46,287 nucleotides of DNA from Bdellovibrio sp. (GTDB lineage Bacteria; Bdellovibrionota; Bdellovibrionia; Bdellovibrionales; Bdellovibrionaceae): contig JBKCUU010000108.1 of assembly GCA_046318155.1 (NCBI GenBank), forward strand, positions 1 to 46,287, read 5' to 3'. Below are positions 27,474-37,533 of the stretch, piece after piece. Numbering within the stretch: the stretch's first letter is position 1; each line of letters opens with the position of its first letter. The position numbers and the translations under genes were made by a program. Under the pieces are notes generated by a model that made no database searches, was not told the origin of the DNA, and worked only from the letters and a program-made list of their open reading frames with translations.

Positions 27474-30400
27474 AGAAATCTTCAAACTGAGTGACTCCTC
27501 CAGCAAATACACCCGAAAAGTTCGCACGCATCAAGTAGCCGACCTCATCTCCCGTGTCATTCCAGCCGCGGTTAAACTGAAAGTACCATTGCAGTCCGTC
27601 AGTGCGGATCACACGGCGTGACCCGTCTTTGTCACGCAAACGTAAGTTAAAGGGAGCCGCCGCATAGTTCGCGTCTTGATCCACAATGCTCATCCCCGCA
27701 GGAACAAATTCTTTCATCGCAAAGTACTGAGACTGCCAGTAGCCACGTGCGGTGCTACCTTTTGACAAGCCAATTTTTACATAGACCAAATCACCCACTT
27801 GAAACTTAAGATCTTTTGCGGGAGTGAGCGCTCCCGACTTCTCATTGACCTTAAAATACTCTTTACGGATTTGCGCCACTTCATCCTTGGCCTGAACTTG
27901 ATCCAATGGGATCGACTTCTTCAAAACCAAACGTGAGGTTGCACTGGAGTCAACTTTGAGTTGATGCCCCCCCACTTTCAAAGCCTGTATGGGAACTTTG
28001 ACCTGAAAGCCGCCGACCAACGTTTGGATTTGGTCTTTCGCCGGAGCAAAGGGCTTTCCGTCGATTGCAATCACGGGAACTTTTTGCAGAACGGGATCTT
28101 GAACTTCAAGCTCGAAGAACCACATCAGGTTCAGCAGCGTTTGCGCCGTCTCAAAAGTTGATCCAAAGTTTGATCCGTTAAACGACTCTAAAACTTTATT
28201 GCGCAAAGGAGCCATCAATGTTTTTGGAAACTTGCCAATCTCGCCCAAGGATCGTGCCGAGAGTGCGAGCCCCGAGGACATTTCGCCGACAAATTCACTC
28301 CATTCCCCGACGGCGGGACGAATGCTGCCTGCCTGCGAGGTGCTCGGCGTTGTCAGTGCGGTTTTCAAATCCCCTTCGACAGCCGCGATCAACTGCTTTT
28401 GCAAAGGCTTCATGCCTTCGGGTAATTTGTCTTTGTAGTTGTTCATCGTTCGCAGAATCAATGCCCGATGAAAAGGATTGCCCTCTTTGGCAACTGCAGC
28501 CTCTGCCAAGAACCTGATCTGAGCCTCTTTCTCGACGGGCATTTTGAAAAATGCAGAACCGCCAAGCCATGAATCGATAAAGGCAATACTGTAAGCCTTT
28601 GCGCTCTTAGGAGCCGGATTGGTTTTTTTCAAGTACTCAAGCGCACGCCAGAAGCTCGCATTCGTACCTGGAACATCCGGACTGCTCGCAAACGAGAGCA
28701 AAACGAAATAAGTCATCGACTCATTACCTTTGGCATCGCCCGCAAACCAACCAAAAGCGCCTTCGGGATTTTGGTAATTTTTAAGAAGCAAGAGACCGGC
28801 TTGTGCGTTTTTCTTGGCTTCTGCGAGCCACGCTTTTTGCTCTGACGTGAGCTTCGCGCTCGCGCGCTTCTCAAAAAACAGCGGGATCACCAAATTTGGA
28901 ACCGTCGCATTCGTGACTTGCTCAACGCAACCATGGGGGTATTGCACAAGCCACTTCAAGCTTGGTAAAATCGAACCACTCAAACCTTGAGCAACAAACA
29001 GTTCAGCTTCCTCAACTTTTTCGGCCTTCAAAAGCTTGAAGGCAAACTGGCCGCCATTGGGTTTGACGTAGTCAGTATATTCTAAGTTACCACCCATCGC
29101 GCCGAGCTTCCAATCCTGGCGCAAGTCCACGTTGTTCACTTTAAGCTTTGCCGTCAGCACAGCTTTTCCATCAGCGGGCTCAGTCGGGAACAAAATGCGA
29201 TGATAAAAAGTAGGATTCTTTGTTGGTGAAACTTCGCCTTTGACGTTCGTCGGAAGACCTTGGCCGGCGACCCCGTCGGTCGAGAACTCGAGCGCAAACG
29301 GAACCGGCTTCGCCGCTTTTTCGGTCGTGATCACAGTTAAGCGAACGTCCAGTTCATCACCAACTCGCATCGCGTTGGGAGTTGCGATGAGCACGGACTG
29401 AGTTCGGCGCGAAGCAAACTGGCTTCGGGCTTCACCGAAGCGGCCTTGATTATCGGCCGCGACAACGGAGATCTCCCACGTCGTCTGGTTCGGGGGGACT
29501 TCGAATTGCACACTGGCTTCGCCCTCTTTGTTTGTCTTCACTTGAGCAATCCAATAAGCCGTATCCTTTTCGAACAGCTGCTCGGGTGGATTTCCTTTGG
29601 GAGCGGCCCAGCTCATATTTGATTTAAAAAGCCGCGCAACGGCTTCGCCGTAACCGTAACCTTGAAAATGACTGCTTAAGAACGTCATCAAATTCAAGCG
29701 CTGTGTCGGATAGAAAAATTCGAGCAAATGGGGTCTAAACTCAGGCTGTAAATCCAAGACGGCCTTATCAACGACCGAAACCGAGAATTCGGATTCAAGA
29801 GGTTTGCCTGACTGATCCATCACTTTGATCTGTAGTTTTTGTTTGGCACCAGGATTAATGATGCCCTTGTCGGCTTTTACTTTCACGTTCAGTAATCGGT
29901 CCTTTTTTGGAATACGAAACCGGATGCGCTTTTCGATCCAACCTTGTGCTGGGTCTGGATAAGCAAAAACGGCGTAAACGCCCGTTCCAAAAGTTTCTTC
30001 AATGGGAAGCTCAAACCAAAAGGCATTGCCCGTGATGTTCATCACTTGGTGAGAATAAATTTTGTCAGACGCGATGGTGACAAAAACACGCCCTGAGTTT
30101 TGCTTATTCGGCCCCCAGCCTTCGGGCAAAAGCAACAGTGCTTTGGCCGTCTCACCCGGAGCAAAATCATCTTTGCGTGATAAGATGACGAGGTCCGCGA
30201 CATCCACAATTTTGTCTAAGCTCTTGCCGGGTGCGACCAGCATCTGAGCTTCGGCGGTCGAGGGGCGCCCCTTGGCGTCTTTGACCGTCACGACCGCGCG
30301 GATTTCGCCAACAAGATCAGTTGGCACCTTAATCCTGTAGGTACCGGCTTCGTTGGTTTTAAACGATTGCGTCGAAATTTCTTTCGATGCTGTTTTGTAA

Positions 30401-32178
30401 CCACGCTGAAAAATTTTGACGATCCCCGAAGTTACACCATAGCTTGCGCCTGATTGCTTAACGGCACGGATCCAAAATTCGGCGGCCTGACCTTGCTCAG
30501 CCAAAGTGTTTGTCCCGCGCACCTGGGCAACGACATCACTTTTAAGATCTACAAATTCGATATTGCCCCAGGCCGAGTTTCCATCTGCATCAAAGGCGCG
30601 GACTTTAAAAACATACTGATAGTCATAAGGTCCACGTTCTTTTTGTGGCACTTCGACTTTGATTTGAGTTTTTCCAGAGTCATCCAAAGTGAGGTCATCG
30701 CCCGAGTACATCAACTCAAGCGACGAGGTCGAACTCTTTTCGCTGGCATCAAACGAGTAGGTCGCCGCACTCCCTGTCTCGGTCATCCCCGCATCACCAA
30801 CCCATTCAGGCACGCTCACCCGCGTGCGGTAAAGGGTGTAACTGTAACGAAGGCCCGTGGGAACGCCCCCGGCGTAGCGCTCGACTTTTAGGTCGACTTT
30901 GAGCTCGTCGCCTTCGCGCAGAGTCTGTTGCTCACTCTTAAGCTCAACAAAAAACAAAGGTTTGATGTAATCTTTGACTCGAACTTCACTGACGTGATCG
31001 GCATCAACAACCTTGGCGACGATGCGGTACACGCCAGCACCACCCTCGGGAACTTTAAAACTTCCCGCAAAGGTTCCGAACGCGTTGATGGTGGCATTGA
31101 TCTTAGGCTCGGCCACTGACTTTTCGGGGTCAGGATTGACAGGAACAAAGCGGACCTCGACTTTTGCGCCATTCTCGGCGCGCTTCCAGAGACGGCTCCA
31201 GCCACTTTCTTGATGGCGGACAATGCCGCGAAACTGGACCAAGTCGCCCGCGCGGTACATGGGCCGATCCGAGTACAAATAGACATCCGGAAAAACAACA
31301 GTTGCCTGGAAAAACTCGCCATCCATAATCGCAACGCCGCGCTTTTCGCTTTCAATGGCAACGATCGAATCATTGACGTTAAAGTCTTTGAGGTCTGCGA
31401 TCCCTTGATTGTTCGTTTTTGAATTTGCGATCCACTTACCTTGCAAGTTGCGAACGCGGACATTGGCCGCTTGGACGGCCGCTCCTGCGCGGTTCACGAC
31501 ACGCACAAGGGCGCGTCCCGAGCTCTGGTGCATGTGGGCCACCAAATCATTGATGACCAAAACGACTTGCCCTTCGGACTTCCCTTGAATCACCTGGACG
31601 ACGTAAAAACCCACGGGAAGTGGATTTAAGCTGACGGGTACAGTTGTAAATTGACCCTCTTCACCAAAGTAAAAACCAGGGACATCAAACTCGCGTTTGC
31701 TATCGGATTCATCAGGATGCATTGAGAATTCTTGCAGGACTTCATAAGAGTCGGCTGCCGAAATCAGCTTATCGGGCCCCTCCGTGAGGCGACCCGTGGT
31801 ACGAGAGCCCCATTGACCCCCGCCCATTTTTTCTTGAAGTGATTTTCTAAAATCGGCGTTGAGTCCGATGCGGAGCCAATCAAAATCAACAAACGTACGG
31901 TTAAAACCATCGATCAAGGCGTTGGCCAAATTGTCTTCGACCTTGGGCGCGCGCCAAGCCCGGCGCAAATCCAGTTGCGTTGCGATAAAAGCCGTCTGAT
32001 CTTTAGGTCGCATGACGCGAATTAAAAGGGGATCACGGCTTCGGTAATCGACATCAATTTGTGGACGCTCAGCAGAGCTAAAATCCCGGCGGACGGTCAT
32101 ATAAAAATCTTTTGCCCAGGCGCTCGACGTGATCAGCAAGACGAGCAGCAAGATCAATGGACGAAGGGCGCGGCTCAT
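27415..32178 (-). CDS. bacterial alpha-2-macroglobulin (YfaS/MagD-type context)
   Basis: MG2 YLYSDRPMYRAGD, FGTFAGSF, VVDKAV, DTAYW, YPHGCVEQ, YQNPEGAFGWF; 1587 aa with signal peptide. Confidence 0.92.
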   Translation of the reverse strand: MSRALRPLILLLVLLITSSAWAKDFYMTVRRDFSSAERPQIDVDYRSRDPLLIRVMRPKDQTAFIATQLDLRRAWRAPKVEDNLANALIDGFNRTFVDFDWLRIGLNADFRKSLQEKMGGGQWGSRTTGRLTEGPDKLISAADSYEVLQEFSMHPDESDSKREFDVPGFYFGEEGQFTTVPVSLNPLPVGFYVVQVIQGKSEGQVVLVINDLVAHMHQSSGRALVRVVNRAGAAVQAANVRVRNLQGKWIANSKTNNQGIADLKDFNVNDSIVAIESEKRGVAIMDGEFFQATVVFPDVYLYSDRPMYRAGDLVQFRGIVRHQESGWSRLWKRAENGAKVEVRFVPVNPDPEKSVAEPKINATINAFGTFAGSFKVPEGGAGVYRIVAKVVDADHVSEVRVKDYIKPLFFVELKSEQQTLREGDELKVDLKVERYAGGVPTGLRYSYTLYRTRVSVPEWVGDAGMTETGSAATYSFDASEKSSTSSLELMYSGDDLTLDDSGKTQIKVEVPQKERGPYDYQYVFKVRAFDADGNSAWGNIEFVDLKSDVVAQVRGTNTLAEQGQAAEFWIRAVKQSGASYGVTSGIVKIFQRGYKTASKEISTQSFKTNEAGTYRIKVPTDLVGEIRAVVTVKDAKGRPSTAEAQMLVAPGKSLDKIVDVADLVILSRKDDFAPGETAKALLLLPEGWGPNKQNSGRVFVTIASDKIYSHQVMNITGNAFWFELPIEETFGTGVYAVFAYPDPAQGWIEKRIRFRIPKKDRLLNVKVKADKGIINPGAKQKLQIKVMDQSGKPLESEFSVSVVDKAVLDLQPEFRPHLLEFFYPTQRLNLMTFLSSHFQGYGYGEAVARLFKSNMSWAAPKGNPPEQLFEKDTAYWIAQVKTNKEGEASVQFEVPPNQTTWEISVVAADNQGRFGEARSQFASRRTQSVLIATPNAMRVGDELDVRLTVITTEKAAKPVPFALEFSTDGVAGQGLPTNVKGEVSPTKNPTFYHRILFPTEPADGKAVLTAKLKVNNVDLRQDWKLGAMGGNLEYTDYVKPNGGQFAFKLLKAEKVEEAELFVAQGLSGSILPSLKWLVQYPHGCVEQVTNATVPNLVIPLFFEKRASAKLTSEQKAWLAEAKKNAQAGLLLLKNYQNPEGAFGWFAGDAKGNESMTYFVLLSFASSPDVPGTNASFWRALEYLKKTNPAPKSAKAYSIAFIDSWLGGSAFFKMPVEKEAQIRFLAEAAVAKEGNPFHRALILRTMNNYKDKLPEGMKPLQKQLIAAVEGDLKTALTTPSTSQAGSIRPAVGEWSEFVGEMSSGLALSARSLGEIGKFPKTLMAPLRNKVLESFNGSNFGSTFETAQTLLNLMWFFELEVQDPVLQKVPVIAIDGKPFAPAKDQIQTLVGGFQVKVPIQALKVGGHQLKVDSSATSRLVLKKSIPLDQVQAKDEVAQIRKEYFKVNEKSGALTPAKDLKFQVGDLVYVKIGLSKGSTARGYWQSQYFAMKEFVPAGMSIVDQDANYAAAPFNLRLRDKDGSRRVIRTDGLQWYFQFNRGWNDTGDEVGYLMRANFSGVFAGGVTQFEDFYEEGMDSHSPGARFTIERR

Positions 32179-33620
32179 CGGCTCACTCCTTTAAAAACGA
32201 TTTCTTTTTGACTTTCGCTTCCGCTGAAGAGGTAAGTTGGCAGTCCCGACAACAAATTGCGGGCTTGCTTCACTTGCGTCTCATTCCAAGAGCGAGTCTT
32301 TGTTCCGATCTCTAAGAGCGAGCCAAAAAATCGGCTCGTGTTCGCGTAAAGAACAGTGGATTGAGCTTTGCCTGAAATGTTTTTCAGAAACTCCGGGGGC
32401 AACTGAGCAAAACTAGCACCTTTAGCTTTGCACGAGTCTTCGATCTTACGAATCGCCTCGGGATCTGGCGAGAAGACGATGAGGTTTTGGCAAACTCTGC
32501 GAAACCCAACTTCATAGTGCTTGGTTTCTGAAAACAGCGACGAAAGACCCGAGAGGGCCTCATTGTTTTTTGATTTAACAGGCACAATCAAAGCACTTAA
32601 GGGTTTCCAATTTTTAGTCTCCGAATTTTGCTCCATGCCTAAGTAAACCAGTGTGATCGGGACCGTCGCCCCGCCCTTCCACTGCTCGGTGGGCTGAGCA
32701 AGCACTTCAGAAATACCTTCAATGGTCCAGGCTTTTGGTTCAGGAACAAACTGGGTGACCAACAAGTGACTGGTGGCGGGAATCGCCTTCAGCCAAGTTG
32801 CTGGCAAAGTCCCGGTGACAAAAGCGCCCCAATTCTGAACTGGAACGCGAGCCTCTTGAGCGACAAATCGGCTTTCGCCCTTTTGCCAAGTCAGATCAAT
32901 TTGCAAGCGGCTTCCGGCCGCATAAAACTTGTCGATTACGCCGCGAAAACTCGGCATGAGGTCCCGCATGTCGACTAAGAGCAGACCTTCTTTTTTTAGA
33001 ACCGGCACTAGAGCGCAATCGGTGCTGGATTTTGCTACCAGCTCGGGATCGCGTCCCAACGTGATGCAGTCGGTGCCCCACTGCATCGCCAGCTTCTCGG
33101 TGTAAAAGCGAAGGGGAGTAATTGAAACTTGATTCGCACCCTTGGAACCAGTGACATAAAAATCTTTATTCTCGCCGTTGCGAAAGACTTTGATTAGACT
33201 TTCGAGAACTGTTTTTTCTGTCTTGCTTAAATCCCGAGCGCGAAAAACCACGGGGCTCAGCATTCGCTTCGAGTAGTAATCAATCTCAAGTGGCCGCCCT
33301 TTAAGGACCGAATCGTAAACGAAATCCAGCAGGCGCCCCTGCCAGGCATCCTCGGGACGTGCCAAAGAATGAGCGACGGGACCGATTTTGTGGATCAGCC
33401 CGCGAAACATCGTGGTTTTTTCAAACTCGGCGAGCCACACATTTTTTTGGAGCATCTCTTTTAAATAGGCCGCATCTTTGACCGCGAGCGTATACAGCGG
33501 CTCTTGGCGAAAGGGCTTCTTTGCAGGTTCGTCCGCGCTCTGAGCAGACGGAGTTGTTAAAGTTAGCGCAGCAAACAGGAGGCCGACCCCAGCCACTCTC
33601 GTCTTTATGAGGCGATTCAT
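32175..33620 (-). CDS. exported protein of the A2M operon (positional equivalent of YfaA/DUF2138)
   Basis: Signal peptide; ATGA overlaps with both neighbours; C-terminal LIVFSPD segment. Family assignment rests mainly on position. Confidence 0.55.
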   Translation of the reverse strand: MNRLIKTRVAGVGLLFAALTLTTPSAQSADEPAKKPFRQEPLYTLAVKDAAYLKEMLQKNVWLAEFEKTTMFRGLIHKIGPVAHSLARPEDAWQGRLLDFVYDSVLKGRPLEIDYYSKRMLSPVVFRARDLSKTEKTVLESLIKVFRNGENKDFYVTGSKGANQVSITPLRFYTEKLAMQWGTDCITLGRDPELVAKSSTDCALVPVLKKEGLLLVDMRDLMPSFRGVIDKFYAAGSRLQIDLTWQKGESRFVAQEARVPVQNWGAFVTGTLPATWLKAIPATSHLLVTQFVPEPKAWTIEGISEVLAQPTEQWKGGATVPITLVYLGMEQNSETKNWKPLSALIVPVKSKNNEALSGLSSLFSETKHYEVGFRRVCQNLIVFSPDPEAIRKIEDSCKAKGASFAQLPPEFLKNISGKAQSTVLYANTSRFFGSLLEIGTKTRSWNETQVKQARNLLSGLPTYLFSGSESQKEIVFKGVSR

Positions 33621-34249
33621 CGTGAGCTCCCTAAAACTTTTTGGCGGAACTGAGAGTTCTCCCAGCCCTTCCAACGGTAAAGACCTTGAAAATAAAGATT
33701 CGATGATTGCGGACGCCAAATTCCCCACGTGGAATTTTGCATGACGTCCAACCAAACTTTGCGAATGACCGCATTGGGTCCGCGCGAACCATTGTGATAA
33801 ATCACGAGAGGCTTTTGCGAGGTCATCGATTGAGGTTGGAGGGCCACCATCAGGTGCCAAGCGTCTTCGCGCGCATAAAACGGCCGAAAATAAACTAGCA
33901 CGTCGCCGGTTTCGATATCTGACGGACCAGGATCGCGGGTGACCAAATCAAAGTTATTCTGCACCAAATCGCGGGCCGAAACGTAATCAACGACTTCGCC
34001 TTTGCCGTTGACCCACATTTGCGCCTGATTCGAAACCGAGGTGCGGTACAAAAAACGGATGAAGCCCGCGCAATCCCGCTGTGAAGGATCCCAAGCTGCC
34101 GTGATTTTATTTGATTGCTTGAGTGCTTGCCCCCACAGGAGGTCCCGCCACTTTTGCGCGGCCGGCGCCACTTGAGGATTCGGCATCGGCGCGGCGCTTA
34201 CTTGCATCGCAAGTAATATCAAGGCGACGGTTAAAAACTTACTCGGCAC
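33617..34249 (-). CDS. YfaT/DUF1175-family protein (NlpC/P60-like Cys-His)
   Basis: QRDCAGFIRFLYR, VSARDLVQNN, GDVLVY, HLMV, YHNG, WRP..SNLYFQGLYRW. Confidence 0.82.
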   Translation of the reverse strand: MPSKFLTVALILLAMQVSAAPMPNPQVAPAAQKWRDLLWGQALKQSNKITAAWDPSQRDCAGFIRFLYRTSVSNQAQMWVNGKGEVVDYVSARDLVQNNFDLVTRDPGPSDIETGDVLVYFRPFYAREDAWHLMVALQPQSMTSQKPLVIYHNGSRGPNAVIRKVWLDVMQNSTWGIWRPQSSNLYFQGLYRWKGWENSQFRQKVLGSSR

Positions 34250-35165
34250 CTTCGCCCCCAGAACCTTTGCGGCGAGGATTGTAATCAATCACCCACGCCG
34301 GCCAGATCGAGTTGTCTTTTGGTTTTGCATCCACCAGCGGGGCAAAGATGCTGGCTTTGCCAGAACCCTCGTAACGAATAAAGGCGAGCGTGACCGTTTC
34401 TCCGGGTGTCACCAGCGGAGACTTCACTAGTTTTTTTTGTTCTTGAGCGGTGCCGCCAAAAAGCGTGATGTTCAAAGTTGAAAGCGTATGACCTTTGTCG
34501 CCGCTGGGCCAATAGTTGGCATCAATGCGGTAGATCCCTTTGGGCGGAGAACTGTGCGTGTACAGGTACGGCCCGTAACCGGGTTCATCAAAAGAGCCGC
34601 CGCCCTGCTCGTTCAAATAAAACTTTCCACCGCTGGCGGACTCGGTGTCGGCCCAAAAAACGTGATCGACCTTAGCGGGAGCTTTGAAATTGTCTTCGAT
34701 AGGTTCATAGACGTGCAGATCCGTGTAGACGCCGTCCGTGTCGCTGGTCAAAACGAGATTCATCGGAAGTGCGGGAACTTTGGCGAAAATCACGCGCTCT
34801 GCTTTGCCGAGTCCGCCTTTATTTTCTCCCGAAACGATCACCGAGTTTTTTCCTGAAGCCACGGGAAACTTACGCTTAAAGGCGCCGGCGTGATTTTTAA
34901 GCATGTAGCGATCGCCGTTGATATTGATGGTGACAGGATTAATGGTGTTGTCACTGATCGTGCCTTCGACCGTGACCATGCGATCAATCGTCCAGCCACC
35001 GGTGGGAGACACAAGTTTGACTTTTGGCTTTTCAGTGCCTTCTCCAAGGACCTTTCCGGATTGCCGAGTGGGTGCCACTAGCACCGGCGCGACCTCGGTC
35101 TCCTGTGCAAAAGCGCCCGAACACAGTCCCGCGACCACGATCAAAATTGCCGCCAGTTTGGCCAT
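34239..35165 (-). CDS. YfaP/DUF2135-family exported protein
   Basis: Signal peptide, SPTGGW Ig-like domain, LVLTSDTDGVYTDLHVYEP, GYGPYLY..PPKGIYRIDANYW. Confidence 0.75.
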   Translation of the reverse strand: MAKLAAILIVVAGLCSGAFAQETEVAPVLVAPTRQSGKVLGEGTEKPKVKLVSPTGGWTIDRMVTVEGTISDNTINPVTININGDRYMLKNHAGAFKRKFPVASGKNSVIVSGENKGGLGKAERVIFAKVPALPMNLVLTSDTDGVYTDLHVYEPIEDNFKAPAKVDHVFWADTESASGGKFYLNEQGGGSFDEPGYGPYLYTHSSPPKGIYRIDANYWPSGDKGHTLSTLNITLFGGTAQEQKKLVKSPLVTPGETVTLAFIRYEGSGKASIFAPLVDAKPKDNSIWPAWVIDYNPRRKGSGGEGAE

Positions 35166-35215
35166 TGCAAGTCCCCCACCTTCAAGTGATGAAGGCTCAA
35201 GCTTAGTCACAATTC

Positions 35216-35244
35216 CCGCACAATGTAGCTGCTACATTGTGCGG
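35216..35244. repeat. 29-bp perfect palindrome, repeat family copy 2
   Basis: CCGCACAATGTAGC-T-GCTACATTGTGCGG. Confidence 0.92.
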
Positions 35245-35277
35245 AAGCGAAGCGGCAATGGTGCTCGGCAGCACTAT

Positions 35278-35967
35278 TTAGGTTTTCGCGGTTTGGCCGA
35301 AGAGGTGCTTTTTGGCCTCTTCGTCTACGGTTGGCGTCGTTGTGATTTTTTTTGCATTTTCATACGAGCGTTGAACCGCCGGACGGGCTGCGATCGCCTC
35401 GAACCAACGCTTGAGATCAGGAAAGTCACTTAATTTTTGACCTTGCTTTTGGTGCGGCACGATCCAAGGATAGCAAGCCATGTCGGCGATGGAGTATTCA
35501 CCCGCGATAAACTTTTTGTTCGCCAGCTGCTTGTTTAAGACACCATAAAGTCGGTTGGTCTCATTCACGTAGCGGTCGATCGCGTAAGGAATTTTCTCGG
35601 GGGCGTAGAGACTAAAATGGTGATTCTGACCTAGCATGGGGCCCAATCCCGCCATTTGCCAAAAGAGCCACTGCAAAGTTTCGGTGCGCACGCGCAAATC
35701 TTTGGAAAGAAATTGGCCCGTCTTCTCAGCCAGGTATTGCAAAATCGCACCCGACTCAAACAACGAAATGGGGGCTCCGCCACCGACAGGCTCGTGGTCC
35801 GTGATCGCAGGAATCCGATTGTTCGGCGAGATCTTCAAAAATTCAGGCTTGAATTGCTCGCCCCGTCCAATGGCCACGGGATGAAGCTGATAGGGAATTC
35901 CAGACTCTTCAAGAAAGATGCTAATTTTGTGTCCATTAGGAGTCGGCCAATAAAAAAGATCAATCAC
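35278..35967 (-). CDS. glutathione S-transferase, Nu class (YfcG-like disulfide oxidoreductase)
   Basis: WPTPNGHKI, ISPNNRIPAI, FESGAIL, WQMAGLGPMLGQNHHF; GGAGG SD. Confidence 0.92.
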   Translation of the reverse strand: MIDLFYWPTPNGHKISIFLEESGIPYQLHPVAIGRGEQFKPEFLKISPNNRIPAITDHEPVGGGAPISLFESGAILQYLAEKTGQFLSKDLRVRTETLQWLFWQMAGLGPMLGQNHHFSLYAPEKIPYAIDRYVNETNRLYGVLNKQLANKKFIAGEYSIADMACYPWIVPHQKQGQKLSDFPDLKRWFEAIAARPAVQRSYENAKKITTTPTVDEEAKKHLFGQTAKT

Positions 35968-35998
35968 AAACAACCTCCACGAGCGTTGGGGACTTTGA

Positions 35999-36379
35999 CT
36001 ATTTCTTGATACGCACTTTGAGCTGGTAACTTCCAGCCGAAGTGCACATCGTGCCGTTGTCTTCTTTTTTGCAAACGGGCGAGCCGCAGTTCAAAGCTAA
36101 AAGTTGGTTCTCTTTGTTGAGATCTTTGATTTCAGCCTTCCACTCCGTGCAAGCCTTCTTCCAGTTTTCTCGCGCGCCTCTTGTCAAAGGGCTCGAGTCA
36201 CCCGAGATATCAGCCGCCGAGCTGATGATATCGAAATCACGCTCACTGGTCGCCCCTTTTGTGATCGAGATCGTCGTGCCCTCTTTTGCATCCGAGGGAA
36301 TATCATTGATCGACGTCGTCTGAGCGTGAACCGCTAGTGCAAAAAGACCACCTATTAAAAAACCAAGTGCTGCTTTCAT
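35999..36379 (-). CDS. small exported hypothetical protein with four Cys
   Basis: GGAGG SD, signal peptide (AVHA-Q), directly after ftsY. Confidence 0.75.
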   Translation of the reverse strand: MKAALGFLIGGLFALAVHAQTTSINDIPSDAKEGTTISITKGATSERDFDIISSAADISGDSSPLTRGARENWKKACTEWKAEIKDLNKENQLLALNCGSPVCKKEDNGTMCTSAGSYQLKVRIKK

Positions 36380-36380
36380 C

Positions 36381-37496
36381 TTATCCTCCACCTAAAATTG
36401 AGTCGACGAATTCGCTCGCCGAAAACGGTTTAAGGTCGCCAATTTTTTCTCCGATGCCGATGAGCCGGATCGGAATTTTGAGTTCATGCGCAAGGCCCAC
36501 GGCCACGCCGCCCTTAGCGGTGCCGTCCATTTTTGTGAGCACGACACCGGTCAGGCCAATAGCCTGGTGAAACTCACGCGCCTGATGAAGTGCATTTTGA
36601 CCCGAGTTTGCATCGAGAACGATTAAAGTTTCGTGCGGAGCTTCGGGATTAATTTTGCCAAGCACGCGTTTTACTTTTTTGAGTTCTTCCATCAAGTTCA
36701 CTTGCGTGTGCAAGCGCCCGGCGGTGTCGATCAAGACCACGTCATAACCTTGCGAGGTCGCGCGCGCGACGGCATCGTAGGCCACCGCGCTGGGATCTGT
36801 GACTCGGTCAGGTGAAAAAAAGTCAACTTGCGCACGGTCGGTCCAAGTTTTGAGTTGAGCGCCGGCTGCTGCACGAAACGTATCACCCGCAGCGACAAGA
36901 ACGCGTTTGCCTTGCTTGGCCAAATGAGCCGAAAGTTTACCGATGGTCGTTGTCTTTCCCGCCCCGTTCACGCCCACAATCATCCAAACCGCAGGTTTCC
37001 CTTTTTGATTCAGATGCGCCAACGTTTCGAGGTGATTGGCTTCGGGGATGTGGGCCTTTTCAAAGATATCCAGAAATTCAGTTTTGAGTGTCGACTTCAA
37101 AGCGTCGACATCCGACTTTTGCGAGCGGCCGAGCTCTTCGAGCTTTCCCATCAAGCGGCCCACCGTCTGCGGGCCCAGATCGCTCGTCATCAAGACTTCC
37201 TCGATGTCGTCAAAATTTTTCTCGGCGGCTTCATTCTTAAAAATCCCTTTGAGACGACCGAAAAAACTTTTCTCGGTATTCGCCAATGCCTGAGGAAGCG
37301 TGCGAGAACTCTCAAAAAAGTCATCTGGCGTCGCCGGCTTGGCCAAGTCAGGATGCATGACCGGAGGTGCGGGCTCGCGCTCTTTGCTGAGAAAGAGACT
37401 TCGCGCAATCAAAACTCCAAAGATGGTCAGGAAAATCGCGAACACGCCGAGAATCATGAAAATAAGATTGCTCTCTCCACCTGTAATATGTCCCAT
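36381..37496 (-). CDS. ftsY: SRP receptor FtsY with N-terminal TM helix
   Basis: GVNGAGKTTT, DTFRAAA, DTAGR, TKMDGTAKGG; AAGGGAG SD before ATG 37496. Confidence 0.95.
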   Translation of the reverse strand: MGHITGGESNLIFMILGVFAIFLTIFGVLIARSLFLSKEREPAPPVMHPDLAKPATPDDFFESSRTLPQALANTEKSFFGRLKGIFKNEAAEKNFDDIEEVLMTSDLGPQTVGRLMGKLEELGRSQKSDVDALKSTLKTEFLDIFEKAHIPEANHLETLAHLNQKGKPAVWMIVGVNGAGKTTTIGKLSAHLAKQGKRVLVAAGDTFRAAAGAQLKTWTDRAQVDFFSPDRVTDPSAVAYDAVARATSQGYDVVLIDTAGRLHTQVNLMEELKKVKRVLGKINPEAPHETLIVLDANSGQNALHQAREFHQAIGLTGVVLTKMDGTAKGGVAVGLAHELKIPIRLIGIGEKIGDLKPFSASEFVDSILGGG

Positions 37497-37533
37497 GACG
37501 GCTCCCTTATCCCCAACCGGGTGGCCCAACTGT

